Positions 11,549 to 21,244 of a DNA stretch of 64,000 bases are shown here, one piece after another. Where the stretch lies: positions 29,594 to 93,593 of the forward strand of contig JBMHDV010000027.1 of assembly GCA_049889215.1 (NCBI GenBank). Direction: 5' to 3'. Within the stretch, counting starts at the first letter, position 1, and each line of letters begins with the position of its first letter. The notes beneath the pieces are model-generated. The model saw only the letters and a list, made by a program, of their open reading frames with translations, was not told the DNA's origin and did not search any database. The position numbers were made by a program, and so were the translations under genes. This DNA comes from Candidatus Marinamargulisbacteria bacterium. Its GTDB lineage: Bacteria; Margulisbacteria; Marinamargulisbacteria; UBA817.

Positions 11549-12780
11549 CAGACAATAATCAACCATTACCATATTCAGTTGAACAAATTAAATTGGTAAA
11601 ACAAAAATTAAACACAAAGCAAGAGACCGAAGTTCTTTATAATCAAACGCCAAAAAGTACGGCACCGTATTTACCAATATTCATTTTAACTTCAATAAAC
11701 CAACAATATTATGAGATAGAAATTAACCCATCAGAATCATACCGAATCACATGCAACCCATGGAAAGATGAAAACTTATTAAATCATCAGAAATTGATTA
11801 CGGTTTGTCCGACGCTTTTCATTTCATATTTAGCAAATCATCATCCAACAAATGCATGCATTGGGGCATTAAATATTCTGGCTACAATAATCGATCATTA
11901 TAATATTTCCGATCTTCATTTTATAAAATCAACCGTTATTTTTAAACAAAACCAACAAGAAAGATTCCGTTTAATTTTTGCTGAAACAGACATGAAGAAA
12001 CTGCGCTACTATTTAAAACTCCATGCTCATATGGATCCATCCAACACACAACAACCCCAAGATGGGTCCTTGTCGTTTAAATTTGAACATATTCAATTAG
12101 ATCTTAGAGTTGCCACTCTACCAACAAGAAATGAAGAAATGCTTTCTATCCGAGCTTTTAATCTGAAAAATAAAATAAAATCTTTAGCTGAATTAGGGTT
12201 TAACAGTAAAAAAGCCGCAGCAATTACACAAATGATTAAAAATAAAAACGGGTTAATCTTAATAACAGGCGCAACAGGTGCAGGAAAATCTACCACACTA
12301 TACGCACTATTAAAATTACTTAAAAAACGCCATGTTATTACAATTGAAGATCCCATTGAACAACCGCTCACAGATATTCATCAAACCAACATTAATAATA
12401 AAAAAGGTTATACATTGGATGTGGGTCTCAAAGCAATTTTACGACATAATCCGGATATCATAGCCATTGGTGAAATTCGTGATGCAAAAACTGCTGATAT
12501 TGTGTTGCAAGCAGCATATTCTGGGCACCTAGTGATCGCATCACTTCATACAAATTCAATAGAAGCAACATTGCTCAGATTACAAAGTTTAGGATGTTCA
12601 CCTTTTTTAATCAGTTATTGCTTACGAGGAATCATTGCACAAGACCTAATCAGTTCAGCAAACAATAACGTTAAACTGGTAAGCAGTATTCTATTATGTC
12701 AATCACCGTTTATAATAACTGACTTAAAAAAAGAATTAACGACTTTCATAAAACATAATACACTGCTTCATAATGATTGA
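11518..12780 (+). CDS. GspE/PilB/PilT-family secretion ATPase (ComGA-like), orphan
   Basis: Walker A GATGAGKST, Asp box VITIEDPIE, Walker B IIAIGEIRD, His box LVIASLHTNS; start set at ATG 11518 with AAGGGGG SD; N-terminal ~230 aa unassigned. Confidence 0.8.
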   Translation: MQKVQKHAVLTDNNQPLPYSVEQIKLVKQKLNTKQETEVLYNQTPKSTAPYLPIFILTSINQQYYEIEINPSESYRITCNPWKDENLLNHQKLITVCPTLFISYLANHHPTNACIGALNILATIIDHYNISDLHFIKSTVIFKQNQQERFRLIFAETDMKKLRYYLKLHAHMDPSNTQQPQDGSLSFKFEHIQLDLRVATLPTRNEEMLSIRAFNLKNKIKSLAELGFNSKKAAAITQMIKNKNGLILITGATGAGKSTTLYALLKLLKKRHVITIEDPIEQPLTDIHQTNINNKKGYTLDVGLKAILRHNPDIIAIGEIRDAKTADIVLQAAYSGHLVIASLHTNSIEATLLRLQSLGCSPFLISYCLRGIIAQDLISSANNNVKLVSSILLCQSPFIITDLKKELTTFIKHNTLLHND

Positions 12781-13336
12781 TATTATCTGCAACCAACTTT
12801 TAAATAATAAAATCGGAATTATTGCACATGATACATTGCCCGGTATTGTTGCAACAGCCACCGAAGAAAATGCAAAACGGATTCAACAAATCAAAGAGCG
12901 ATCTGAATCAAAGGGGTTTATTTTACTCATACCAACATTCAATCATATTCACCAATTTGCTACCAACATTTCATCTGATGCTTCAAAGTTAATGAACACA
13001 TACTGGCCAGGGCCACTTACTCTAATTTTTGAAAAGCAGCCTCAAGTATCACCACTACTTACTGGAAACAAAAGCACCATTGCCATTCGCCAACCAAATC
13101 ATCCATTATTAAACTCAATCTTAAATAAAATAAATCAGCCACTACTGTCCACCAGTGCTAACTTAAGTGGCGAATCAACATTATCTAATCAATTGCTAGC
13201 CGCGGTTGATTTTACGCATGGAAACATAGCTTTAACTAAGCACGCAGTAGCATCAACCATTGTAGATACAACTCAAAAGAATCTAGTCATTCTACGACAA
13301 GGTAAAGTTAAAATTGCTAATCATTCGATAGGTTAA
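12773..13336 (+). CDS. tsaC: L-threonylcarbamoyladenylate synthase (YrdC/YwlC family)
   Basis: 187 aa; YrdC-family motifs (PGPLTLIF, STSANLSGE). Confidence 0.75.
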   Translation: MIDIICNQLLNNKIGIIAHDTLPGIVATATEENAKRIQQIKERSESKGFILLIPTFNHIHQFATNISSDASKLMNTYWPGPLTLIFEKQPQVSPLLTGNKSTIAIRQPNHPLLNSILNKINQPLLSTSANLSGESTLSNQLLAAVDFTHGNIALTKHAVASTIVDTTQKNLVILRQGKVKIANHSIG

Positions 13337-14213
13337 GTAACCCTGATAAGTAGTTATATTCCCCTAAAAACCAATATGAAAATGAACGTAAAGCTGATGT
13401 TTTAGAATCACGTAATCGGTAAATCATTCGGAAAATAATATTCTGACGAGATAAACGTTTACGAATAAAAACAGAAATTGGATTCAATCCCAAAAACAAT
13501 TTTAATTCTGGGTGCTTCTGCATAAATATTTGAGCAGATTGGCCCATATTAAATTTCCGCTCGGCTTTTTCTTTATCGGAAATAACATGATAGTGATAGT
13601 TTATCGCCGTTTTAATATAGCGCAATGGAATCCCCCGCTTTTTAAACCGGTAACCCAACTCTAAATCTTCCCAACCATAATTCTTAAAATCTAGCGAAAA
13701 CCCCTTTTCAACAACAAACAAAGATTTAGGAAATGAAATATTTCCAGTTAAAAAGTAATACCAGTCCAATACATCTCCGTGACGATATTTAGTAGGAACT
13801 TGCGTATGTTTATCATTAACGCTAGGGGGCCAATCATAAGAATCTAAATTATAAGCCAAACCTTCAAAGCAACTAACATCCTGACTGGTCTGATGTGCAG
13901 TGTAATGTGCTTGAACAAAGTCAGGGCCTGGCACCATATCTGCATCAGAAATAACAATAATGTCACTTTTAGCCACTGCCACCCCAGCATTTCTTGCCTC
14001 AGCTTTACCCGAAGGGTTTTCACGTTGAATGAAGTTTAATTGAAACAATGATGGCGTTATATTAGCCACCATATCAGCTGTACCATCCGTCGAAAACGAG
14101 TCAACAACAATTACTTCAAAAGCAAGCTGAGTCACCTGCTTACTGTAACCATCTAGAACACGTTTTAAACGATCACATTGATTATAAGACCCAATAACAA
14201 CACTAATGTCCAT
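13317..14213 (-). CDS. Family 2 glycosyltransferase
   Basis: N-terminal [10 protein letters not shown]...VDSFSTDGT and DxD-like VISDADM motif of GT-A fold GT2 enzymes. Confidence 0.8.
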   Translation of the reverse strand: MDISVVIGSYNQCDRLKRVLDGYSKQVTQLAFEVIVVDSFSTDGTADMVANITPSLFQLNFIQRENPSGKAEARNAGVAVAKSDIIVISDADMVPGPDFVQAHYTAHQTSQDVSCFEGLAYNLDSYDWPPSVNDKHTQVPTKYRHGDVLDWYYFLTGNISFPKSLFVVEKGFSLDFKNYGWEDLELGYRFKKRGIPLRYIKTAINYHYHVISDKEKAERKFNMGQSAQIFMQKHPELKLFLGLNPISVFIRKRLSRQNIIFRMIYRLRDSKTSALRSFSYWFLGEYNYLSGLLNLSND

Positions 14214-15594
14214 TTTTTTGGGCGTCTTTCCAATAGATCAGAGGTGTTAAAATATACATACCAAAAATCATAACAAGAATGTCATATACATAAAAATTTT
14301 GGCCAGACTTTCCACGGATTAACATAGCAATAGAAAGCAATGTGAAAATAAACGCGGGGAATTGAACAAACCGTAAAAACCGTCGCTTAGCTGCCATATG
14401 ACGATGTGGATAAGGAAATCGAGACACCATTAAAACAGCCATCAAAACAATCACAGCCATAAAAACATACTCAGAATTAAACAACACCGAAATCTTAGAA
14501 AAAATAACAATGGAGGCAGCAAAAGGCGAAGGAATACCATCAAAGTAATCAGAATGCCCTTTTTCAGCAAATCGGATCAATCGATAACCTGTAGCTACTA
14601 AATATAACGCAGCTAACCCAAGTGCCCCAATCATAGAATATTGATCTAAATGCACGTAAATAACAGTCGAAGGAAGTAAGCCAAAACTTACAAAGTCAGC
14701 AATTGTATCCAGCTTAGCACCCAATGGTGTAGACGCATTTAAACGACGCGCAATCGAACCATCTACTGCATCTAAAACAACACAGATTACCAAAAAAAGT
14801 GCAGCAAATCGAAACTGCAAATTTAATGCAAAATAAATGCCAATCATACCAAAAACAACATTAGTAACTGATACAAAGTTTGGAATTAATGAACGTAATG
14901 CTTGCCGCGCTTTATCTTCGTCATTATTGTAACGTTTTAAATGCAGCCCCCATAAAAAGTGGTCAAAATAATCTATAAACGACCAAATGGTTAGCGCAAC
15001 AACTGTATAAATTAAAAACAGAAATACCCCCTGAGGCCATATCATAACCCAGTCAATTAACCATTGAATTGGCTGGAAAAAAACAGGAATATCAACTTTT
15101 TGAACTGGAACAATCCCGAATAGTATACCGCACACGGGAAATGTAAGGGCTGTTTTCAGCTTACCTGTAAATTGAGCAGGAATAGAATCCCCTCCATTTT
15201 GTACTGAATAAACACGCAACCCCATCATAGCAAACTCTCGAGCTAAAATAATAAAAACAGGAAACGACGTAATCACCTGCATCTCCAACAACGGTAAGAA
15301 TAAAAGAACAAGAATCTTATCAGCCAATGGATCGAGAATTTTACCTAACTCAGACTCAATTTTTAATCGACGAGCAATCCAACCGTCCAAATAATCCGTT
15401 AAACAAATCACTGTGTAAAAGAGAATAACAAGGATTTGGGTAAAGTTGGTTGTATACGGTGTCATCCAAAATATACACCCAACCCCAACGATACGTAAAA
15501 TCGTTATAATATTAGCTAGCTGATTCAACGATTTGCTCCTTTTTTTATATTTGTTACAAACATTATAGTTTTGAAAGTGTTTCCAAGCAAACAA
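14203..15594 (-). CDS. Tandem CDP-alcohol phosphatidyltransferase fusion: N-terminal PgsA-like plus C-terminal PssA-like domain
   Basis: Two complete D-G-x2-A-R-x8-G-x3-D-x3-D signatures: [27 protein letters not shown] and [31 protein letters not shown]. Confidence 0.8.
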   Translation of the reverse strand: MFAWKHFQNYNVCNKYKKRSKSLNQLANIITILRIVGVGCIFWMTPYTTNFTQILVILFYTVICLTDYLDGWIARRLKIESELGKILDPLADKILVLLFLPLLEMQVITSFPVFIILAREFAMMGLRVYSVQNGGDSIPAQFTGKLKTALTFPVCGILFGIVPVQKVDIPVFFQPIQWLIDWVMIWPQGVFLFLIYTVVALTIWSFIDYFDHFLWGLHLKRYNNDEDKARQALRSLIPNFVSVTNVVFGMIGIYFALNLQFRFAALFLVICVVLDAVDGSIARRLNASTPLGAKLDTIADFVSFGLLPSTVIYVHLDQYSMIGALGLAALYLVATGYRLIRFAEKGHSDYFDGIPSPFAASIVIFSKISVLFNSEYVFMAVIVLMAVLMVSRFPYPHRHMAAKRRFLRFVQFPAFIFTLLSIAMLIRGKSGQNFYVYDILVMIFGMYILTPLIYWKDAQKNGH

Positions 15595-15620
15595 ACAATA
15601 CAGGACTTAGCATCTGGCTG

Positions 15621-15650
15621 TTGACGATTATTCACACCACAAAGTATAAT
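15621..15650 (+). promoter_or_regulatory. Sigma-70-type promoter for rpmH operon
   Basis: TTGACG (15621-15626), 18-nt spacer, TATAAT (15645-15650); SD AAGGA ~8 nt before ATG 15675. Confidence 0.5.
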
Positions 15651-15674
15651 CCTAAGTCTAGTAAGGAAAAGATT

Positions 15675-15809
15675 ATGAAAAGAACATTTCAACCAAATAA
15701 TCGTAAACGTAAAAAAACACATGGCTTCTTAGTTCGAATGAGAAGTGTTGGTGGACGTCGCGTATTAAATAATCGTCGCCGAAAAGGCCGCCATAAAATC
15801 GCTGTTTAA
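15675..15809 (+). CDS. rpmH: 50S ribosomal protein L34
   Basis: [44 protein letters not shown], near-consensus L34; listed ORF start 15621 is an upstream extension. Confidence 0.95.
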   Translation: MKRTFQPNNRKRKKTHGFLVRMRSVGGRRVLNNRRRKGRHKIAV

Positions 15810-15814
15810 TATCA

Positions 15815-16171
15815 TTGAAATTAACTCGTTATCGATTTAAAAAAAACGAAATATCTAAATTTCTAAAACAAAGTTTTGTTGTTAGATCCCCTTATGTAAC
15901 TATTCATTATCAATTCTCTGATAAAAAGCATTTTGCATTTGTCTGTCCAAAACGAAACGGAAATGCAGTTAAACGTAACAAAATAAAGCGCCAATTAAAA
16001 GCCTTGTTTTGTATGATTTACCCTCATCTTCAAAAAAACATAAGTTTAATTTTAATCGCTAAAAAAGAATTTAGTGAACGCCCCTTTCAAAACCATATGA
16101 ACATGCTATTATTAAGTTTAAAAAAAAGTGAATTAACCAATGAAACGGATTCTATTAGTATTAATAACTAG
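15815..16171 (+). CDS. rnpA: Ribonuclease P protein component
   Basis: Basic ~118-aa protein directly after rpmH with RnpA-like KLTR..RFKKN and RNR-like motif region (KRNKIKRQLK); TTG start. Confidence 0.85.
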   Translation: MKLTRYRFKKNEISKFLKQSFVVRSPYVTIHYQFSDKKHFAFVCPKRNGNAVKRNKIKRQLKALFCMIYPHLQKNISLILIAKKEFSERPFQNHMNMLLLSLKKSELTNETDSISINN

Positions 16172-16367
16172 CTATCAAAAATTAATCTCCCCGCTCCTTA
16201 TCCCTCGCTGTCGATTTTACCCATCATGTTCAAATTATGCTAAAGATGCCATTGAATTAAATGGACCGCTGATTGGAATTACACAGACAATTAAACGTCT
16301 TAGTCGGTGTCACCCGTTTTCACAAGGTGGCATCGATTTTGCAACAAAAAAAGGAGCAAACCAATGA
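16140..16367 (+). CDS. yidD: Membrane protein insertion efficiency factor
   Basis: 75 aa with YQKLISPLL...CRFYPSCSNYAKDAIE...CHPF signature; conserved position between rnpA and yidC. Confidence 0.85.
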   Translation: MKRILLVLITSYQKLISPLLIPRCRFYPSCSNYAKDAIELNGPLIGITQTIKRLSRCHPFSQGGIDFATKKGANQ

Positions 16368-17014
16368 ATCCAATAACGTATTTAACTGACAGTGTCATGA
16401 TCCCATTTTTACAATTCTCGTATCAAAACATTTACCCAAACTTTGGATTAGGAATCATAATTTTAACAATCTTAGTCAAAGTCATTCTCTACCCGCTTAC
16501 AAAACAACAATTTGAGTCCATGAAAAAAATGCAAGAAATGATGCCAACATTTAAAAAGCTTAGAGAAAAACATAAAAATAACCCCCAGCAGTTACAAATG
16601 GAAACCATGAAAATTTACAAGGAGCACAAAATTAACCCATTGGGTGGTTGTCTTCCAATGTTAGTCCAACTGCCATTTTTATTTGCTCTTTTTTACACAA
16701 TGAATGGTGCGAGTTTTGAGGCATTAATTTCACAAAATAATGTTTTTCCTGGTTTAACATCATTCTGGCTAGCAAATTTGTCACAACCCGATTCTCTATT
16801 TATACTGCCAATAATTATTGGATTATCGACCTACCTTGGCCAAAAAATGTCAACAGTCGATGCAAGCCAGCAAAAAATATTAATGTTTATGCCTGTGCTG
16901 ATGGTTGTTATTTCCTTTAAAATGCCAGCAGGTGTTTTATTATATTGGGCAATTTCTCAAATCATCTCATCCGGACAACAAATTATCATTATGAAAAATG
17001 GAAAGGAAAACTAA
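16364..17014 (+). CDS. yidC: Membrane protein insertase YidC/Oxa1 family (short form)
   Basis: ATG 16364 overlaps yidD stop (ATGA), SD AAAGGAG upstream; hydrophobic core with conserved LPMLVQLPFLFALF region. Confidence 0.9.
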   Translation: MNPITYLTDSVMIPFLQFSYQNIYPNFGLGIIILTILVKVILYPLTKQQFESMKKMQEMMPTFKKLREKHKNNPQQLQMETMKIYKEHKINPLGGCLPMLVQLPFLFALFYTMNGASFEALISQNNVFPGLTSFWLANLSQPDSLFILPIIIGLSTYLGQKMSTVDASQQKILMFMPVLMVVISFKMPAGVLLYWAISQIISSGQQIIIMKNGKEN

Positions 17015-17016
17015 TT

Positions 17017-17535
17017 ATGGTATTTAATTTATTTAAATCATCAGAAAAAACTGACCAAGAACCGATCACGATATCAAGTGAAATGAAAGACGATGCAAAA
17101 GCATTTGTTGAAGGTATTTTAGAAAAAGCAAATTTTAATTCAATTGTTGCAATCAACAATGACACAGATGATGTCATTTACATTATGATTGATGATGAAT
17201 ATGAAACAGCTAGAATTATTGGAAAAGATGGCCAAACATTAACATCTATACAAGTTTTAACTCAATCGTATCTTACTAAAAAATATAGCCAATATGTTCC
17301 AATATTTGTTGACTGCAACGAATACTTTTCATACCGAATTGAAAAAGCACAAAATAAAGCAAAGGAACTTGAAGATAAATTATCAGATGAACGTCCATCC
17401 ATTGAGTTATTTCCGATGACCGCTTTAGAAAGACGCGCAATTCATACGCTGTATAAGGATGATACAAGAGTAAAAACTCATAGTGTTGGAGAAGGAGAAG
17501 ATCGTAGAATCATTCTTTCTCTAAAAGATGCATGA
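17017..17535 (+). CDS. khpB: RNA-binding protein Jag/KhpB (KH and R3H domains)
   Basis: ATG 17017 with SD; KH-like IIGKDGQTLTSIQ and R3H-like C-terminus; conserved position after yidC. Confidence 0.8.
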   Translation: MVFNLFKSSEKTDQEPITISSEMKDDAKAFVEGILEKANFNSIVAINNDTDDVIYIMIDDEYETARIIGKDGQTLTSIQVLTQSYLTKKYSQYVPIFVDCNEYFSYRIEKAQNKAKELEDKLSDERPSIELFPMTALERRAIHTLYKDDTRVKTHSVGEGEDRRIILSLKDA

Positions 17536-18869
17536 ATATCAGCGATACCATCGCAGCAATTGCAACACCCCTAGTTCCTTCAGCAATTGGAATTATTCGC
17601 ATTAGCGGCCCAAACGTATCTGATGTAATTCAACATTGCTTTGGAAAGAATATTAATGAGTTATCACCAAAGCAGATGAATCGTGGCATATTCATTGATA
17701 AAGATAAAGCAGAACTAGATGACTGTTGTTATGTTTATTATAAGAGCCCATCCTCTTATACAGGCGAAGATAGCTGCGAGATTTTTGCACATGGAAGCGT
17801 ATATATTTTAAAAACAATGTTATCGTCCATATGTCTTATTGAAAATTGCCGTATTGCTAAACACGGTGAATTCACTCAACGTGCATTTATAAATGGAAAA
17901 ATACCATTATCAAAAGCAGAATCCATTATTGATATTATTGAATCTAATTCACAGACAGCACACGATATAGCACTCAACCAGTACAAAGGTTACGTATATC
18001 AAACAATAACCCGTTGTCGTCAAAAACTCATGCAATGCTTAGAAAAAGTTGAAGCATCATTAGAGTTTCCTGACGAAGTCGGCAATATCAAAGATACAAC
18101 AGTGGCCAATGACGTTGAATCAATTAACAGCGAGTTAGTGCCAATCATTAAAGCCAGTGATTACGGATCAACATTAAAAAATGGGCTTAAGTTCGTCATT
18201 ATTGGAAAGCCAAATGCCGGAAAATCATCCCTACTTAATGCATTAGCTGGTGAAAATCGTAGCATTGTAACAAACACTCCAGGAACAACGCGAGACTACA
18301 TCGATGTATCAATTGAATATAATGGTGTATTAATACAAATTATCGACACTGCAGGATTACGAGATACCTCAAATAATATCGAACAACTCGGGATTGATAA
18401 AATTTCAGAACTTTCAGAAAGTACAGACGGCATTATACAACTCATGGACATTCAGGAAGATACAGCCCCGATTAAAACAACATTTGGACATAATAAACCA
18501 ATATTACAAGTTTTTAATAAAATAGACACACAACCAACGGGATTTAAACAAGAACCCGATTTTCATTATATTTCCTGCACAACAAAACAAGGAATAATGG
18601 AATTAAAAGAATCATTAATCACAACATTTATCTCACCAGAAGATTATAAGCCAACTCAAATGTTATGCAATATTCGCCAAATTACAGAACTTAATAAAGC
18701 AAAAAAATACATTGAGCAAACCCTGCAACGCCTAAACGAAAATGCAGAGTTGGATATTGTTGCAATCGATATCCATGATGCAATTAAATGTCTAGCAAAT
18801 ATCACAGGCGAAGATTATACTGAAGAACTTTTGGATGGTATCTTTGCTAATTTTTGTATCGGAAAATAA
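17532..18869 (+). CDS. mnmE: tRNA modification GTPase MnmE
   Basis: N-terminal DTIAAIATP, G-domain GKPNAGKSSLLNAL...DTAGLRDT, C-terminal CIGK. Confidence 0.95.
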   Translation: MNISDTIAAIATPLVPSAIGIIRISGPNVSDVIQHCFGKNINELSPKQMNRGIFIDKDKAELDDCCYVYYKSPSSYTGEDSCEIFAHGSVYILKTMLSSICLIENCRIAKHGEFTQRAFINGKIPLSKAESIIDIIESNSQTAHDIALNQYKGYVYQTITRCRQKLMQCLEKVEASLEFPDEVGNIKDTTVANDVESINSELVPIIKASDYGSTLKNGLKFVIIGKPNAGKSSLLNALAGENRSIVTNTPGTTRDYIDVSIEYNGVLIQIIDTAGLRDTSNNIEQLGIDKISELSESTDGIIQLMDIQEDTAPIKTTFGHNKPILQVFNKIDTQPTGFKQEPDFHYISCTTKQGIMELKESLITTFISPEDYKPTQMLCNIRQITELNKAKKYIEQTLQRLNENAELDIVAIDIHDAIKCLANITGEDYTEELLDGIFANFCIGK

Positions 18870-18871
18870 AA

Positions 18872-19612
18872 TTAAATTTGGGAAATATTATTTTTGTCAC
18901 TAGAAGATAAATGGCTCGACAAATCATCAACTTTTGATTCTAATCCAGCCATTAAGTTTTTGGTGCGAATTTGAGTATGATGAAACTTTTTTAAACGCTT
19001 TTGAAATTCATCAAAAACCAATTTATTACGTCGATTCAAATATTGAAATGTTAAAAATATGGCAACAACCTGAATAAAGATAAATAAAGAAAACTGCAAT
19101 AACATCACAAAAAATGAATTACTGGAAAAAATAGAAAGAAATCCAACCAGTGGAGATGATGTGCCCATCTCATCAACATACTCATTTGTATTAGCAACCA
19201 CATCATTTGATACCATCGCTTTTAATGCAGAGTATATATTCGAGCGCCATTGAGACGCCAACTGGTAAGCAGATAAATCAGACCCAATAACATCTGATGG
19301 TGTAACACGATACAATTCAACATTATCCACATAAGCGACATAATCAGCCTTGTTTCGACTCCGTCGAATACGAATATGATTTAATTTTGCAGACTGACGG
19401 CCCAAGTCATTTAATGTTTTAAAAATCTTCTCAGAGCGTTCAAATGATGACGAAAACACTTGTTTTGTACCTACGTCTTTAACACGTATTACAATTTGTC
19501 CATTGATTTTAATAACAGGTATTAACTGTTGGTTTTCAACAATGGTAGATAATTGATAATCATTTGCAAACAAATGAACAGATAAAAATAATATGGTTAA
19601 AATTAGCTTCAT
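18872..19612 (-). CDS. Bitopic membrane protein of unknown function (signal peptide, periplasmic domain, one TM, short cytoplasmic tail); candidate sigma-factor partner
   Basis: N-terminal hydrophobic leader MKLILTILFLSVHLFA, second hydrophobic segment FFVMLLQFSLFIFIQVVAIFL; 5 nt downstream of sigma gene. Confidence 0.5.
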   Translation of the reverse strand: MKLILTILFLSVHLFANDYQLSTIVENQQLIPVIKINGQIVIRVKDVGTKQVFSSSFERSEKIFKTLNDLGRQSAKLNHIRIRRSRNKADYVAYVDNVELYRVTPSDVIGSDLSAYQLASQWRSNIYSALKAMVSNDVVANTNEYVDEMGTSSPLVGFLSIFSSNSFFVMLLQFSLFIFIQVVAIFLTFQYLNRRNKLVFDEFQKRLKKFHHTQIRTKNLMAGLESKVDDLSSHLSSSDKNNISQI

Positions 19613-19617
19613 TTACG

Positions 19618-20349
19618 TTATTTATAGTTTAATTGTTTTAAGCGAGATCGTAAACGAAGAATTGCTTTTGTATGGATTTGAGATACTCGTGATTCACTCA
19701 CCTGTAAAATTAAGCCAATCTCACGTAAAGTAAGTTCCTCAAAATAATACAACACCAAGACCTTTTTTTCTTGCTCAGGTAATTCATGGACAACACGCTT
19801 AACCAGATCTTTTTGTTCTTTCTTCTCAAAAAACACTTCTGGTGTAATCATTTTTTGATCTTCAATTGTATCTGCAAAACTAGCTGTATTATTATCAGCA
19901 TATGTTGGCTCATCCAACGATATCAAAAAGGATCGTGATACCTCTGCCATCATTTTATGCAGCTTTTCTTTACTAATCCCCATTTCATCAGCGAGCTCAT
20001 CATCAGATGCAGCCCCACCTTCTTTTCGAATTTCAATCGCTTTTGTTGCTTGTTCTATTTGGCGCGCTTTTCGGCATAATGTTTGGCCACCTAATGTATA
20101 TCGTCGCAGCTCATCTAAAATTGCTCCTCGGATTCGGGGAACAGAATATGTTTTAAACTGAACACCTTTACTCACATCAAACTTCTTGGCTGCGTCAATA
20201 AGGCCCATACTACCAATAGCATGTAGATCATCCTTAGTAACCCCTGGTGGTAAATTCATTGTTAGTCGATTAACAACAAACTTAACCAAGTATAAGTGGC
20301 TTATTACGAGTTGTTTTTCATTCTTCAAGGATGACATGCTATCTGGCAA
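19618..20349 (-). CDS. fliA: RNA polymerase sigma factor, sigma-28 (FliA/SigD) family
   Basis: Region 2 SMGLIDAAKKFD..FKTYSVPRIRGAILDELRR and region 4.2 ELTLREIGLILQVSESRVSQIHTKAILRLR, close to FliA-type region 4. Confidence 0.85.
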   Translation of the reverse strand: MPDSMSSLKNEKQLVISHLYLVKFVVNRLTMNLPPGVTKDDLHAIGSMGLIDAAKKFDVSKGVQFKTYSVPRIRGAILDELRRYTLGGQTLCRKARQIEQATKAIEIRKEGGAASDDELADEMGISKEKLHKMMAEVSRSFLISLDEPTYADNNTASFADTIEDQKMITPEVFFEKKEQKDLVKRVVHELPEQEKKVLVLYYFEELTLREIGLILQVSESRVSQIHTKAILRLRSRLKQLNYK

Positions 20350-21244
20350 CTTGACCTCCTCGAAGCTTTGTTATGGTTAACAACAAAGGACTAGCAATAA
20401 ATAACGATGAATATGTACCTGTAATCAAACCAACAATAAGCACTGTTGAAAATACTTTCAATGACATTCCAGCGAAAAAGAAAATACTAAACACAACAAT
20501 ACCCGTTGAAATTGATGTATGTATTGATCTGGGCAACATCTCATTAACAGCTTGGTTTAAGACTTCTTTAGAAAACTCTTCCTGGTCATTCATGCGCATT
20601 TTCTCACGAACACGATCAAATATTACAATCGTATCATTAATCGAATACCCCAATACAGTTAATAATGCAGCAATATATGCCGTACTTAATTCAACTTTTA
20701 GCAAAGCTGTCATTGCAAGGATAATCAGTGCATCGTGCAGCAATGCGATGATTGATGAAATCCCAAATATAAATTCAAACCGCCACGAACAATACATTAG
20801 TATCGCAACTGCAACAGAAATTAATATAATAAAACTGGTCTTTCGTAATTGCTCACCAATCGATGGTCCAATTACATCAACTTCCAATACCTCGAATTCT
20901 CCAAATTCTTTTTTAATCGCATTAAATAGTTGATTTCGAACATTAACATCGACTTGTTGTGTCTTTAATAAAATGTCACCAACACCTGATGTTTGAATCG
21001 AAAGCTTTTTTAAGCCCAAGCTACTAAACATTTCTCTTAGACGCGTTTCATATTGTTGTGGTGCAGAATCAAAACGTAACGTCATTGTAGATCCACCTGT
21101 AAAATCAATCCCCATATTAAAAATATGATTAAACGCTCTAAAGTTTTGTATCATTGCAACAATACCGATGCCAATTACAACTGTAGAAATTAAATACCAT
21201 AACCGTCGTTTTTTTATAAATTCAATCATTTGTGATTCCTCCAA
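20339..21244 (-). CDS. secF: Protein translocase subunit SecF
   Basis: MGIDFTGGS motif, six-TM pattern, directly after secD with 23-nt overlap. Confidence 0.9.
   Translation of the reverse strand: MEESQMIEFIKKRRLWYLISTVVIGIGIVAMIQNFRAFNHIFNMGIDFTGGSTMTLRFDSAPQQYETRLREMFSSLGLKKLSIQTSGVGDILLKTQQVDVNVRNQLFNAIKKEFGEFEVLEVDVIGPSIGEQLRKTSFIILISVAVAILMYCSWRFEFIFGISSIIALLHDALIILAMTALLKVELSTAYIAALLTVLGYSINDTIVIFDRVREKMRMNDQEEFSKEVLNQAVNEMLPRSIHTSISTGIVVFSIFFFAGMSLKVFSTVLIVGLITGTYSSLFIASPLLLTITKLRGGQVAR

Noticed and set aside
13929-13945. Sigma-54-like TGGCAC-N5-CTGCA element
   Set aside because: Lies inside the GT2 coding region on the non-coding orientation and deviates from consensus
14404-14412. 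DnaA-box-like TGTGGATAA
   Set aside because: Single copy inside a coding region; no cluster, so not evidence for oriC
15648-15661. 13-nt identity between the rpmH leader (atcctaagtctag) and the anticodon arm region of tRNA-Leu at 25725-25737
   Set aside because: Short match, most likely chance; no supporting structure or conservation evidence
15621-15674. Longer rpmH ORF starting at 15621
   Set aside because: Conserved L34 begins at MKRTFQ; the upstream part coincides with the promoter and ribosome-binding site
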